Counted from the first letter of the stretch, positions 39,881 through 54,796 are shown. The stretch is 64,000 nt of DNA from Octopus vulgaris (GCA_951406725.2 OX597827.1:63240001-63304000); one strand, 5' to 3'. Numbers and translations: made by a program. The notes: generated from the letters alone by a model not told the origin.

Positions 39881-40775
39881 ACATTCATACAGGCATGCAT
39901 AAGTATTATCTTTAAATATATATATATACAAGGGGAAAAGATTTAGGTACAGATGCCAAATAAACTACATAACGCACGATGATGTATTTTGGGAACTAAT
40001 AAGAAAAAAATGTCTGACAAAAATATAGTGTCTTTTTTAGAGGAGAGGGTTGTGCGGTAATGTTAGTAAGAAGTAACTAACAAACAATATGATGGTAACA
40101 AGCGTAAACGATAAGCGTTAAACTCACAGCCATCACAAACAGGAAAAACACTAGAGACACGTGATCAAAAGGTCGTCTCTTCTGCCGACATTGTCATCAC
40201 CGCCGCCATTACGCAGAGACGTACGAACGATGCAACTACAAAGAGAAAAAAAAATATTAGAAGATAACCTACAACTCCATGAAACCAAACAATACACTGG
40301 AAATTTGTTACAATGCTCTAGGGTGGGGGTGGGAGAAAATATTACAGGTAACTGGAGTTATTAAACACCGGTCTTTAATAAAAATAAAAAATGAAAGAAG
40401 AGATAGAAAGAGAGAGGTAAAAAAAAAATTGTTCTGAAGAGAGAGAGAGAGAGAGAGAGTAAAAAAAAAAATAGCTGAAAGGAACTGGCTAATAAATGTC
40501 AAAAATATCGAAGTACAACAAAGAAGTTCTCAGAGATCCAAAGGAAATGAAATAACGATCGATATAAGTAGGCAGAACCAGATATTTGCTATGTAGTAGA
40601 AGTCGACACTATTACTAGAGAAATAGGATGGATATCCGTTTGAAAAAGAAAACAGAAACAAACGTCAAAAAAAGAAAGACATTTAACGTACGTAGGAGAT
40701 AGGTGTAATATCTACCACAAATCAAACATCCATCATCGACCAAATTGTACATGTAACGACGAAGGGTACGACATC

Positions 40776-40891
<116 letters not shown>

Positions 40892-41193
40892 GAGTATGAG
40901 GGAGAGAAAGTTAAGATTAAAATTAAAGTCGACATAGAAAGAAAACCCCACTGTAATGTCAAATCGTTGCAAAAGCTTTGAGGATCAGAAGTGACATGAT
41001 AAGGCGGAAATAATATACATATTTAAACAGAATGAAACGTTTATTGCAGAAAGAGCTAAAATAGGTTTTACGAGACGAGAGGAATAAATATGACGGTGTC
41101 TGTTCGTTCCTTTTCGCAATAAATAATAACAATAATGCCGAAAATATATTACATTGCTTTAGGCAAAGATTCAGAAAAGAAAATATATGTACT

Positions 41194-41473
41194 TTTGACT
41201 GCGGCCATGCTGGAGCACCGCCCTTAGTCGACCAAATCGACCCCAGGACTTGTTCTTTGTAAGCCTAGTACTTATTCCATCGGTATCTTTTGCCAAACCG
41301 CTAGGTTACGGAGATGTAAACACACCAGAATCGGTTGTCAAGCGACACACAAACATACATATAAATATATATACATATATACGACGGGCTTCTTTCAGTT
41401 TCCATCTACCAAATCCACTCACAAGGCTTGCTTTGGTCGGCTAGAAACTATAGTAGAAGACACTTGCCCAAGG
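41194..41473 (-). mobile_element. SINE family A, partial
   Basis: Reverse-complement match. Confidence 0.9.
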
Positions 41474-41516
41474 TACGACATCTACATATATTTGAAACAC
41501 ACTGCAACAGGCGCAG

Positions 41517-41680
41517 AGGAGGCGCAATGGCCCAGTGGTTAGGGCAACGGACTCGTGGTCGTAAGAACGCGGTTTCGATTCCCATAAACACCTTAGCTCC
41601 ACGAGACTCCGGCGGGGGAGGGTGGTGAACCCCGCTGTACTCTTTCACCACAACTTTCTCTCACTCTTTCTTCCTACTTC
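41517..41680 (+). mobile_element. SINE family C variant
   Basis: ggaggcgcaatggcccagtggttaggg..ggtttcgattccc..cacaactttctctcactctttc. Confidence 0.8.
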
Positions 41681-41738
41681 TGCCACAAAGCAGAGGAACT
41701 ATGGTGTTACCGGCTATGGTGTTGTAAACTTTCAGACC

Positions 41739-42076
41739 GTGGTAAGTAGCTTGCTTACCAACCATATGGTTCTCGGTTTATTCCCAATGCATGGAACCTT
41801 GGGCAAGTGTCTTCTACTATAGTCTCGAGCCGACCAAATCAAGCCTTGTGAGTGGATTTGGTAGATGGAAACTGAAAGAAGCCCGTCGTATATATGTATG
41901 TTTGTGTGTCGCTTGACAACCGATGCTGGTGTGTTTACATCTCCGTAAACTAGCGGTTTGGATACCGATGGAATAAGTACTAGGCTTACAAAGAATAAGT
42001 CCTGGGGTCGATTTGGTCGACTAAGGGCGGTGCTCCAGCATGGCCGCAGTCAAATGACGGAAGCAAGTGAAAGAGT
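41739..42076 (+). mobile_element. SINE family A
   Basis: Body and tail match. Confidence 0.92.
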
Positions 42077-42111
42077 ATACATATATGAATGTATTCATAT
42101 ATGTATGTACG

Positions 42112-42162
<51 letters not shown>

Positions 42163-42169
42163 TTATATA

Positions 42170-42574
42170 CTCTTTACTCTTTTACTCTTTTACTTGTTAC
42201 AGTCATTTGACTGCGACCATGCTGGAGCACCGCCTTTAATCGAGCAACTCGACCTCGGGACTTATTCTTTTTGTAAGCCCAGTACTTATTCTATCGGTCT
42301 CTTTTGCCAAACCGCTAAGTAACGGGGACATAAACACACCAGCATCGGTTGTCAAGCAATGCTAGGGGGACAAACACACACACGCATATATATATATACA
42401 TATACATATACGACGGGCTTCTTTTCAGTTTCCGTCTACCAAATCCACTCACAAGGCGTTGGTCGGCCCGAGGCTATAGTAGAAGACACTTGCCCAAGGT
42501 GCCATGCAGTGGGACTGCACCCGGAACCATGTGGTTGGTAAACAAGCTACTTACCACACAGCCACTCCTACGCC
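42170..42574 (-). mobile_element. SINE family A, full length
   Basis: Reverse-complement match. Confidence 0.95.
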
Positions 42575-42776
42575 TATATATATATGTATATATATATGTA
42601 TATATATGTATGAATCTAAATATGTATGTGTATTTTATATGTATGTATATATATATATATATATTATACATGTACGATTCTGTTGCATTAGCTTTAAAAT
42701 AAAACGTGCATTCTTCGTTCGATTCTAGATTATTCTTCAACAAATATTAATTTAACCAGTTTAAATCTACGTTTCT

Positions 42777-42818
<42 letters not shown>

Positions 42819-42854
42819 TTATATACAAACACATAAACCATAATATATAATATA

Positions 42855-42932
<78 letters not shown>

Positions 42933-43413
42933 ATACATACATATATGTGTGTGTATATATATAAATTAATATACATGTGTGTGTGTGTGTATTAAATTGG
43001 TATATATCGAATACTAATCTAGCACTGAACGTAGAATGCGCGCTTGTATTGTAAAATTAAACTGAGAAACACTCAAATAACCAGTAACCCAAAGTGCGTA
43101 TACAGGTGTGCATGCGTGTGTGGTAGGGTATTAATGTACATCTTTCTGTGTATGTACGTGTGCGTGTGTGTGCATGTTGTGTGTGTGTGTTCGTGTGCGT
43201 ATTTATGTGTTTGTGCGGATGTGCATGAGTCTGTGTGTGTGCGTGCGATTGAATTCAATATATCCGCGATTAAACGGCGAGTATTTGTTTACATTTTAAA
43301 TAAATGAAAGGGGAGTGATGATACAACGGGTGTATGCAAATGAATTAAAAGTGAGCTTCCAATGGGATTTCAATACGTCATACATGTCTGTTTGCATAGA
43401 TAGACAGACAGAC

Positions 43414-43526
<113 letters not shown>

Positions 43527-43529
43527 TAA

Positions 43530-43790
43530 AGGTGGGGTAGGTTTTCGATCAAAAGGCATCGTAAAAGGGAAAGCAGAAAGAATTAAAAAGAGAAAAAAAA
43601 GGAAAAGAAACAAAAAAGGAAAAGAAACAAAGAAGGAAAAGAAAAAAAAATAATAATAAACGATCAATAGGGATCGTGTATCACAGATGTAAAGTGTAAA
43701 AGGGAAGCAGATAAGGTTTATCCGTGGGAAGAAAAGCGTACGGAAAAGACCACTGTAACCTCGGTCAATATTGTTACATGTTACCACATT

Positions 43791-43822
<32 letters not shown>

Positions 43823-44150
43823 CAGACAGACTACAGACAGGCTGACAGACTACAGACAGGTTGACAGACAGTCTGACAGACAGACAGATAGATAGATAAC
43901 TTTATTGGCCACACAGGGCTGAACACAGATGGGACAAATTACAAATGAAGAGCTTTTCTTTTCAAAAATGGAAAAGAAAAAGGGAAAAAAAGGGAACAAA
44001 TGTAAAATTCCGATCAAAAGTGATCGGGGGAAAAAAAAACCGATGAAAAGGGATCGTGTATCACAGAAAGAAATTTTTTTTTAAATGTAAGAAACAAGAT
44101 TAAGTTCAAGAAAAGAAAGAAAAAAGAAAAGCCTACAGAAAAGACGACGA
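43530..44150 (-). mobile_element. Two LINE-like 3'-UTR fragments (43530-43790, 43900-44150) sharing the SINE B tail
   Basis: ctttattggccacacagggctgaacacagatgggacaa resembles the SINE B end; both contain agggatcgtgtatcacaga; related copy at 51548. Confidence 0.6.
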
Positions 44151-44219
44151 TAAGAAGCCGAAAAATATGTGTGTGTGTGTGTGTGTATGTGTGTGTGTGT
44201 GTGTGTGTGCGTGCCTGTA

Positions 44220-44765
44220 CGCAACTGGTACTTAATTTATCGACCCCGCAAGGATGAACGGCATACTCGACCTCGGAGGAATTTGAACTCAGAACGAAAA
44301 AGAGGCGAATATGTTCAATAAAATCATAATTAATTGATCCGCCTCTATTTTCTTTTACCCAAAGCCAGGAATTTTCAGCACCCGCCTCCTGTGTGTATAT
44401 GTGTGTGTGTGTATATATATACCTATATGTGTGTGTGTGTCAATTTGTGTGTATCTATTTCTTTATTGCCCACAGGGGGCTAAACATAGAGGGGACAAAC
44501 AAGGACAGACAAAGGGATTAAGTCAATTACATCGACACCAGTGCGTAACTGGTACTTATTTAATCGACCCCGAAAGGATGAAAGGCAAAGTCGACCTCGG
44601 CGGAATTTGAACTCAGAACGAAAAAGAGGCGAATATGTTCAATATAATCATAATTAATTGATCCGCCTCTATTTTCTTTTACCCAAAGCCAGGAATTTTC
44701 AGCACCCGCCTCCTGTGTGTGTGTATATATATACCTATATGTGTGTGTGTCAATTTGTGTGTATC
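44220..44765. repeat. Local tandem duplication involving SINE B (44456-44620, minus strand)
   Basis: 44221-44455 is repeated at ~44545-44765. Confidence 0.88.
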
Positions 44766-45256
44766 TGTGTGCGTTTGTCTTTATGTATGTGTGTGAGTGT
44801 TTTCTTTTCTCTGTCGTTTGACCACCGGTTCTGGTTTCATTTAACACCACCGTAAACTAGTGGTTCGGCAAAAAGACATCGATAGAATTAATGTCAGACC
44901 TCCATCATAAGTACACATACAAAATAAGTCAATTTGAGCGACTCAACCATCCATAACCGTGTGCGCTGCAGTATGACCGCACTTTTGTGAGTGAAACCAA
45001 AAACAAATATAAAAAAAACAACAAAAGTATGGAAATGATGGCGAATTCGATTACATATATTTATGATTGATTCAGAGAGGCTTGCTGCATTAAAATCAAT
45101 ATTCAAATTAGTGTTATCATATTTAATACAGGTACTGTTAAAATACTAATTAGCAGTAATTATGTGCTGATGAAAAAAACCAATACTACTCAATGACTAA
45201 AATTATTCATTTTTATTTCACTAATTATTTATCTACGCTCGTGTTCATACCATCTC

Positions 45257-45328
<72 letters not shown>

Positions 45329-45358
45329 TATAGTATATATATATATATATATTCTATA

Positions 45359-45410
<52 letters not shown>

Positions 45411-45575
45411 TATATGAATATATTTACATATATATATATACACTATATGAATATATTTACATACACACACACACACATATATTTATATATACATATATAT
45501 TTTCTGTATAAGAAATGCATGACTCATTTATTTAGTGAATCATCACTGCTTTTGGCAACCATAATGAAGTATATA

Positions 45576-46088
45576 CCGTAAATCCTTGAGTATAATCCGC
45601 CCTTGAGTATAATACGCAGGGGATTCTTAGGGGGGTGTACCTCTGAAAAACCTAAACCTTGTGTATAATACGCACCCCTTCTCTAACTTGAGTCAAGTAG
45701 GTCTATATAACGTCCTTGGTTTGTAAAAATATATACGGTAACGTCCTTTATTATTATTGTATATATAACATAATGCAAACGTGTAGCATTTTTGTGCATT
45801 TTGTTTGCAAGAAATAAAGGAATAACAGTAATAACGTTTCATAAATGTTGCCTACTGCAAGTTATGGATGATTCTTTTATGACTTCATTGCTTTCAGGCT
45901 TAGCTTAAGGTATTTTCGCGCCCGACATCACAAAATGGGTCTGAATAAACATTGCCGGACAGCAAATAGAGACTCGGACATTGCTTAGAAAATATTTTTC
46001 ATTTTTAAACTCGTATATAGTATGCACTAGGGATTTTGACCCTTCTATTTTGGGAGAAAAAATGCGAATTATACTCGAGGATTTATGG
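45576..46088. mobile_element. Tc1/mariner-pogo-type MITE
   Basis: TIR ccgtaaatccttgagtataat / attatactcgaggatttatgg with TA on both sides; subterminal gagtataat repeats. Confidence 0.88.
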
Positions 46089-46239
46089 TACTTCACTGAT
46101 AAGTTCGTTATAACATCGAAACATATCTGGAGTTTATTGCAGTATTTGTGGCTGGAAAAAAGATATCGTAATCATCATTACCGAATCTTTTCCTTCGCCG
46201 TATAATAATTTCTTGCTTACTCTTGTATGACCACTGCAC

Positions 46240-46586
46240 AAATCGACTCCAGGGTTTATTCTTTGTAAGCCTAGTACTTATTCTATCGGTCACTTTTGCC
46301 GAACCGCTACGTTACGGGGACGTAAACACACCAGCATCGGTTGTCAAGCGATGTTGGGGTGGACAAACACAGATACACAAACATATGCACACACATACAT
46401 ATATATATATATATACATATATACGACGGGCTTCTTTCAATTTCCATCTACCAAATCCACTCACAAGGCTTTGGTCGGCCCGGGGCTATAGTAGAAGACA
46501 CTTGCCCAAGGTGCCATGCAGTGAGACTGAACCCGGAACCGTGTGGTTGGTAAGCAAGCTACTTACCACACAGCCACTCCTACGCC
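46240..46586 (-). mobile_element. SINE family A
   Basis: Reverse-complement match, 3'-truncated. Confidence 0.93.
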
Positions 46587-46600
46587 CATATATATATTAT

Positions 46601-46649
<49 letters not shown>

Positions 46650-47163
46650 CTAAAAGAGTAAAATTAATTAATTCATTAATTAATCAATTATTTCATTAAT
46701 AGTTAATAATTAGAAGTTCGGTACATTAAAATAACCTTTTTATGTAAAATTATAGAAATATGCTATAATTATAAACATAATCGGGGTCAGCTAACTGCTT
46801 CACCATTCACCGAATTTAGAAATACGAGTTAAAATACCTTTTCTGTATTCGTCAGAGGTAGCAGGTAGAAATAAATATAGCGTTTTCATTTGGTTTTTCC
46901 GCAGAAGCCAGCACTGACGAGCTCGCAGTATTGCGTACACTGATCGTGCAGTTATCTAACATCCGGTTTAATGCCCAGGCTGAAATCGAATAGTAACATC
47001 AGCCGTATTGAATATAGAACACTGCAATCGTTGATTGCAATACCCAATCACTTGACAAATACACTAGCACACACAAACACACACACACACGTGTGTGTAT
47101 GTATACTCATATACATATACACACATTTATCAGCTGTAAAGGTACATAAATGACTCAAGGGAC

Positions 47164-47205
<42 letters not shown>

Positions 47206-47437
47206 GTATGTGTGTGTGTATGTGTGTGTGTGTTATATATATATATATGTATGTATGTATATATGTATATACACACATGCACACGACACTATCTATATAA
47301 TGTGGGTGTGAGTGTGGGTGTATGCATGTACGTATAGAAGTATAGCGCTTCTGTTTGTCTACAGAGTACTACGTTGGTAGCAATAATAATAAGGTTAGTG
47401 AGTAGAAATGAAGGAATTGTTCCTTAGTGTGTTATAA

Positions 47438-47644
47438 AGGTAGAGAATGTCTTGGAATTTTCTAAGGAAATGAAATGATAGTAAATTAAATAGAGTAAGA
47501 TAAAGTGAAAGAAGGTAGAATATTTATGCTATTACATATAATGATTTGATTTGAATTTTACCTTGGTTTATATTATTTTATTTTATTCTATTCCATTTTA
47601 TTAAATTTCATTTCTTTGGAAAATTTTGAAGACATTCTATACCT
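47438..47644. repeat. Degenerate fold-back palindrome, ~200 bp
   Basis: agaatgtcttggaattttctaaggaaatgaaat / atttcatttctttggaaaattttgaagacattct. Confidence 0.8.
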
Positions 47645-47676
47645 GGAAAGAAATAAACTTAGGAAGCCAAACTTAT

Positions 47677-47751
<75 letters not shown>

Positions 47752-48066
47752 CTGCATGTATGTAATGTATGTATGTACGTACGTATGTAATTATGTATGG
47801 AGATAAATAGTTAGACAGATATAGATAGATATACATACACACTCACGCACACATACATATATACATATACATACACATACATACGTACATACATACAAGC
47901 ATACATACATACATATATACACAAAAAAATGTTTCTGAAAAAATTTTCTGGAACACATTTTAGTTAGCTATACATATATCATACATACATGTCACATGCA
48001 CAGCCATACCCGCACCCACATAGGCACATATGAGCATACACACGCACACATACAAACATACATACA

Positions 48067-48133
<67 letters not shown>

Positions 48134-48339
48134 GCATACATATCTACACATATACACATATCTACATATACACACATACACTTATGTAGATATATATATA
48201 TGTGTGTGTGTGTGTGTTCATATTAAGCTTCCCTAATGTGATTAGTGCTATTGTACGAAACTCTAGGGCCTTGAGTCATCTACTCCGTGTCAAATCTATC
48301 AAATGAAGAAACATATAGTGCTGAGTCGAAAATCTTGCA

Positions 48340-48900
48340 ATATTTTGGCAACTAGATTTTGTTCGTCATGTTACAACAAAAAGCCGTCTGCCATTCAAAG
48401 TCGAGTCCATTGTGTTTCACCATCTGATGCCATCCTTCTGCAAGTTCCTTGATCTCAGGCTGATACCAGTTTTTGCCCTTCTAAGCAAAGGATTCCTTCC
48501 CAGGGAGATTCCACCTCCTCTGGTTGATGAAGCGTCGCGAGCGTGAGAAGTAAGCGATGGATCGGAACATGTAATACTCCAAGGGAGCTCGGTCCGGACT
48601 ATATGATGGATCTGGCACCAGTTCGATTCTCTCGTGTTCCTGGAGTTTTTGCCGGGTCATTCGAGCGGTATGAGGCCTTGTTTTATTTTGCTGCAGATAA
48701 GCTCTCTTTGTGTTAACCAATGCCGGATATTTTTGACGCACAATCGCATAAATCCGCTCCCGCTGTTCGGAGTAGATGCGGGCATTGATGGTTCGACCGT
48801 CCAAAAAGTACTTGAAGTGAATTATCCTCTCGTAATTCCACCAGCCGCAGAGCATCACACTGGATTCGAAACACCCATGCTTGACTACCTGTTCCGGAAG
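48340..48900 (-). mobile_element. Mariner transposase C-terminal relic
   Basis: MLCGWWNY..INARIYSEQ..QQNKTRPHTA..PSYSPDRAPLEYYMFRSI. Confidence 0.92.
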
Positions 48901-49104
48901 ATCGCTCTTGCTTCATCACAGATAATTATGCTCGGTAGGTTTGCGGAGAAATTACCTACTTAGGATTTATTACTTGCTTTAGTCCATGGCTCATTTCCTG
49001 AGCTTCCGAAGCTTCAGCAACCAAGAGGACAAGAACTGATGAAGGTGGTGATGGTGATGGTGATGATGAAGATGATGATGATGATGATGATAATGATGAT
49101 GATG

Positions 49105-49135
<31 letters not shown>

Positions 49136-49654
49136 CGATGAGGATGATGATGATGAATATCATGGTAATCATCTTCATCATCATCATCGTCGTCGTCGTC
49201 GTCACCAGCATCATTAACATTATCATTATAACCACCATCAACAGTCTCACCTCACAACCGTCACCATCATCATCATCATCAGTAGCAGCAGTAGCTGCAG
49301 CGCCTCCATCAGTAATATGATCCTCAAAACATTCTATCACCACTACTACCACTACGATCAAACCATCATGTCACAATACACGCATGCGCGAACACATGCA
49401 CGCACACACACAGATACACACGCATAAATACACATATACACATACGCATACGCATAGATAGAGACACACGCATAAACAAAATTACCTGGTGTCACACCTT
49501 GCTTGGCAGGTGTGTTAGGATCAGATCAGGTGAAAAAATCAGAAAACACATTGGAACTCAGACTTATGCACAGAGATACAAGTAAACCACGGTGTCTGTA
49601 TATGTGTGTGCCTTTGAGTGCGTGTGTGTGCGTGGGTATATGCCTGTGTGTATA

Positions 49655-49710
<56 letters not shown>

Positions 49711-50191
49711 TATATGAGTGCTTGTGTCAGTGTGTGTGAGTGTATGTGCATAGGTGTATATAAGAATGTATGTGTATGTAAGTGCCTGTGTGTATGCGTG
49801 TATGTACATATGTGTATGTATGTGTGCGTGAGTGTGTGTGTATGTATGTATGTATATATATGTGTATGTATGTATGTATGTATGTATCTATGTATGTGTG
49901 TGCGAGTGAGTATGTTTATGTGCGTGAGTATATATGTGTTTCTGCATATATATATTTATATATATGTATATATAGGTATGTATATACATATGTGTGCATA
50001 TATATATGCATATGTAAATATATATATATATATATATATACATAATATATACATATATATATGCATAGATAGATATATATCTATCTATGTATATATATAT
50101 ATGTATATATATGTATATATATATATACATAGATAGATATATATCTATCTATGTATATATATATATATATATGTATATATATGTATATATA

Positions 50192-50265
<74 letters not shown>

Positions 50266-50496
50266 GATAGATATAATTATATACATATATATATTTGATT
50301 GCTTGTGTGAGTGTGTGAGTGTATGTGCGTGGGTGTATATAAGCATGTATGTGTGTGTGTAAGTGTATGTATATATGTGCATGTATATGTGTGTAAGTGA
50401 GTGTGTGTATGTGCATGTGTTTATGAGTGTGTGTGGGTGTGTGTATGTCAGAAATTAAAATACCAAAATATAGAAGAGAGTCCTTGGCACGTTGTA

Positions 50497-50712
50497 GCGA
50501 TATTTCGAGATATGCTTTTCCTTGGAGGTGGAATAGGTATGTTCCTCTGGGAAGTTCCTAAACAAGACTTTTCCAGTGTCATAGGAATATTAGATGTTCG
50601 AATTCTTCCGGGATGGAATTTATGTATTTGTTTATTTCGCTTAAGCATAGCATGGGAACCTCTCTAAGGAACACACCAATGCCACTAAGGAAAGCTTACC
50701 TCGAAATATTGT
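50497..50712. repeat. Degenerate inverted repeat (~60-bp arms)
   Basis: gcgatatttcgag..ttcctt..gttcc / ggaac..aaggaa..ctcgaaatattgt. Confidence 0.7.
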
Positions 50713-50802
50713 TCTGTACTTGACTGTTGCTTTGTCCTAAAGTATATATCTATGGAATTCTAACACCAAGTTATAAGTATTGCTATACTTAAGGGAAATC
50801 AC

Positions 50803-50888
<86 letters not shown>

Positions 50889-50994
50889 ATATCTATCTAT
50901 CTATCTATCTATCTATTTGTCTGTCTATCTATCTATCTATCTATCCATCTATCTATCTATCCATCTATTCATCCATCCATCCATTTATCCATCC

Positions 50995-51440
50995 CTCTCT
51001 CCAGCGCCGCCGCGAGCGTTACGTCATTTGTATGTTGTGGAGAATATACCGCCAGCATTGCCAAAATGACCTGAACATTAGTTTCAAGGTTTATCCAATG
51101 CTGGGACCACGGGCCATACGTCCCCGGCCCAATTCAAGATCACAACATATAGGTACACTGCGACATAATTTATTTTCCTCAACAGGCCCTGCCCTGTCTA
51201 ACTTTCTCCCGAAACTGATCAAAGAGAGAAAGTATCTCATCACATTTAAACGGAGTCTGAACAGATTTCTTCAAGCAATACCAGATAAGCCACCCATATG
51301 GATACAACTCATTCAACAAGAACTCACTACTTGAATGGACCATAAACAAAATTTGCCGTAAAAAGGATTTAGATAATCATGTCAGGTGGTGCTATTAAGT
51401 TAGACATGGCCTGGACCAATCTTTGGTCGAAACATATCTA
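50995..51440 (+). mobile_element. CR1/L2-group LINE ORF2 C-terminus and 3' UTR
   Basis: [40 protein letters not shown]. Confidence 0.85.
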
Positions 51441-51454
51441 CGTTTATATATATA

Positions 51455-51520
<66 letters not shown>

Positions 51521-51547
51521 CATATATATAGAGAGAGATATCGTTCT

Positions 51548-51765
51548 CTATTAGCCACGCAGCGCCAAACACAAAAGGGACATTATAATGTAAAACATTT
51601 CTTTTCGAAAGAAAGAAAGGAAAAGAACAAAAAGGATCGAAAGCGTTTGGGACGTGTAAACAGCAAATTAAGACGGAGTAAAAACGTAAAACAGATTAGG
51701 TTTATCGGTGGAAAGAACAACTTTCGGAAAAGCGCACAGTAACCTCAGGCAGGGAAAGTAACACA
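51548..51765 (-). mobile_element. Diverged LINE-like 3' fragment related to 43530/43900
   Basis: ctattagccacgcagcgccaaacacaaaagggaca; cggaaaag..gtaacctc. Confidence 0.55.
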
Positions 51766-51988
51766 TGAGAGCAAAGCGCTCTCTCTTTCACTCTTTTGGA
51801 TCTACCGGATCATGCTCCAAGTGGTTTCGTCAATTACGCATGCCATGTTTGCTACCTTCACCCACCTTTTATTGAAAATTTCATGAGATGAAACTTCTCT
51901 CTCTATTCTCATCTTCCTTTTCAAGTGATACTTGAGAAATTCCCACACGCATACATACACTCACACACACACATATATTTACTTACAT

Positions 51989-52086
<98 letters not shown>

Positions 52087-52104
52087 AGTCTTATACATAT
52101 ACAT

Positions 52105-52365
52105 ACAGAAGTTGGATAAAATATTGGAAACACCTTAAAATTTCAAACGAATTTAATTTGATATCGGGTAGTACCGCTTGTGGCAGTAATTGCAATTTGA
52201 ATTCTATGAGGTATTGACTTGTTTCCAAAGGAATTTTTGTCCATTCTTCAGCTAAAATAGTCTCCAGTTGTAATGATGATGGTGTAGGATATAGACTCCT
52301 TATTTGTTTTTCTAAAATGCACCATAAATGTTCAATAATTTTGAGATCTGGGGACTGTGGTGGTT
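52105..52365 (-). mobile_element. Tc1-like transposon 3' fragment
   Basis: PPQSPDLKIIEHLWCILEKQIR..EEWTKIP; TIR-like ta|cagaagttggataaaatattggaaacacc. Confidence 0.9.
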
Positions 52366-52406
52366 CCCTCCGAAAATAGTTCCGCAAACATAGAATGAAT
52401 TTGATC

Positions 52407-52505
52407 AGACCTGATGGGTGACTATATTTTTAAATAGAATTAATTTTAGATAGATTTAATTTTAAATCGAAGTGATTTTATTATTATTATCTATTTGTAA
52501 ATTAT
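52407..52505 (+). ncRNA. Truncated sister copy of the 19771 hammerhead
   Basis: AGAC-CTGATGG-gtgactatatttt.. with the same loop sequence; GAAA half missing. Confidence 0.6.
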
Positions 52506-52593
52506 ACATATTTTATTTAACGTGAAATTTGATTTAGAATGGCTAAATTGAATTTTTCCCTGTAAGTTTGGAATTATATTCCCTAGTATTGTG

Positions 52594-52650
<57 letters not shown>

Positions 52651-53194
52651 GTTGGATTTCTTTTAGTTTCCGTCCTGTGAAATTTAAATCTTAGATTGTT
52701 TGAAAAAAAACAGTTTGTGTATCGAAACTGTATCCTTTGTATTCAAATCTGGGTTTGAGTGATATTAACAGTGTATAAAAAAAAAACAACATTTACACAA
52801 GTTAACTTATAATACGCTTATGTTAATGAAATGTACGTAAGACGACGTAACTGAATAACTTGTAAACAATGTCTCGCATTTCCTTTCCTGTGTAACATTG
52901 TCACGCACACGCAAAAACACAAACACAAACACACACAAAACTCGCATGCATGGTACATACATGCTTTAGATTTCCAGGCCACTGAGTTCCAGATTTTCAT
53001 TAACAGGGAACGAGAAACTACGAGTGGCGATTAAATATAGACGAAGCTTTTTAAAAAGTACATGTGCCTATAGATCAATGTGTGTCTGTATATCTATCTT
53101 TCTATCTGTCTGTCTTTCAGTCTCTATGTCAGTCTCTATGTCTGTATGTCTGTCTGTGAGTCTGTATGTCTGTCTGTCTATCTGTCAATATAAA

Positions 53195-53227
<33 letters not shown>

Positions 53228-53406
53228 CGACATTTCTATCCATTTATTGATCCATTATGGCGTACATGTATATATGTATATATGCATGTATGTATGCATG
53301 TGTTTATATGTATATATGCTTGTGTGTCTGTATCTTTATATATATGTGTGTGTATGTGTGTATGTAAATATGTATGTATATATATATATATATGTGTGTG
53401 TGTGTA

Positions 53407-53463
<57 letters not shown>

Positions 53464-54200
53464 GCGTGTGTGTATGTAGACATAAATCTAAGTGGAAATG
53501 TTCCACCTTGTTATAGCACTAATATGATTCGATTTTCCCTTCAACTCTGCACTTCTGCAATTCTCTACATCTTCCATCATTTCTTTCAATCGTATCATAT
53601 TTCCTTGTCGTATTTGTTTTACTGTCGTTTTCTTTTATATCCAATGCGTTTCAGCCTTATTTATTTGTTTCCTCTGGAATGCAAACGAGATACTGAAAGA
53701 ATCCGTGCCCATAACTCAAACCTCTTTCGAGCACTACATGCTTATTATTCAAATAACATCGCATGGTTTATGGAGGAATAAACAGTATAGTCTGTGGCGT
53801 TACTTTGCTAAATAGATATACACAATATACATCGTTAATATACAGATGCATACATATATAGTTATATATATATTTGTGTGTGTGTGTGTGTGTGAGAGAG
53901 AGAGTGTGTGTGTGCGTGCGTGTGTGTATGTATATATACCGATGTATGTATGTATTGTGGCATCGTCCGTTTTTCTGTCCTTGTTTCGTATACATTCGAT
54001 CCTTTTTTCCAAGAAATCTAATGCTCGTAGCTTAGTTTTTCCTTGGGGCTGGCCGGATCGGAGCGATCTCAAGATTAATCAGCCAAAACTGCGAGGATGA
54101 TCCGGTTCTTGACTGAAGATTAGAGGCTTCGAATGACCCGTCCGTTTTTTGTGCCGTCTCTTTGAGTGTTTTGCGTTATTGTCCCATTTTATATTTTATA

Positions 54201-54238
<38 letters not shown>

Positions 54239-54256
54239 AGAGAGAGAGAGAGAGGA

Positions 54257-54502
54257 GAGGCACGTAGCTTAGTGGTTAGAGTATCAGCACCATGATCGTA
54301 AGATTGTGGTTTCGATTCCTGGACGGAGCGACGCGTTGTGTTCTTGAGCAAAACACTTCATTTCACGTTGCTCCAGTCCACTTAGCTGGCAAAAATGAGT
54401 AACGCTGCGATGGACTGGCGTCCCGTCCACGTGGGGAACACATACGCCATTGAAACCTGGAAACCGGGCCCATGAACCTGGTTAGGCTTTAAAAGGGTGC
54501 AT
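54257..54502 (+). mobile_element. SINE family D variant
   Basis: tRNA-like head plus ttgtgttcttgagcaaaacactt..ctccagtccac; tail resembles family C. Confidence 0.85.
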
Positions 54503-54697
54503 TTATTATTTTTTATTGTATATATATATATATATATAAAATTAATCAAAGGTCATACTAGGTATGTCTACCTGCTTGAAATAACAGTCAAAACTCTTAT
54601 TAAATCGCCAAAAATACACCGATGAAAACTACAGAAATCAAACGAAGGTAAAATCAGGTTAAGACAATCTACTAACATACATTTAAGTATTTGGACT

Positions 54698-54752
54698 CAT
54701 GTGGACCGGTTTCTGCATTGGTAAAATAAAACCTTAGCTTCTTCAGCAGGTG
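54698..54752 (-). ncRNA. Hammerhead motif, partly decayed
   Basis: Minus strand cacctg-CTGAAGA-aGC..GGT/ACC..GCa-GAAACCGGTC-cacatg; palindromic ACCGGT, GUC site. Confidence 0.6.
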
Positions 54753-54796
54753 TTACCATGATTAGAGACTCCTAACCTATCGCTCTCTTCGGAGCG

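Noticed and set aside
46913-46960. CTGACGAGC motif and a nearby ttccgcag acceptor-like site
   Set aside because: Neither HHR closure nor a convincing exon frame or donor
53960-54190. CTGAAGA in a structured-looking TA-flanked block
   Set aside because: Followed by GAATG rather than GAAA and stems are unconvincing; may be a related element but no HHR is supportable
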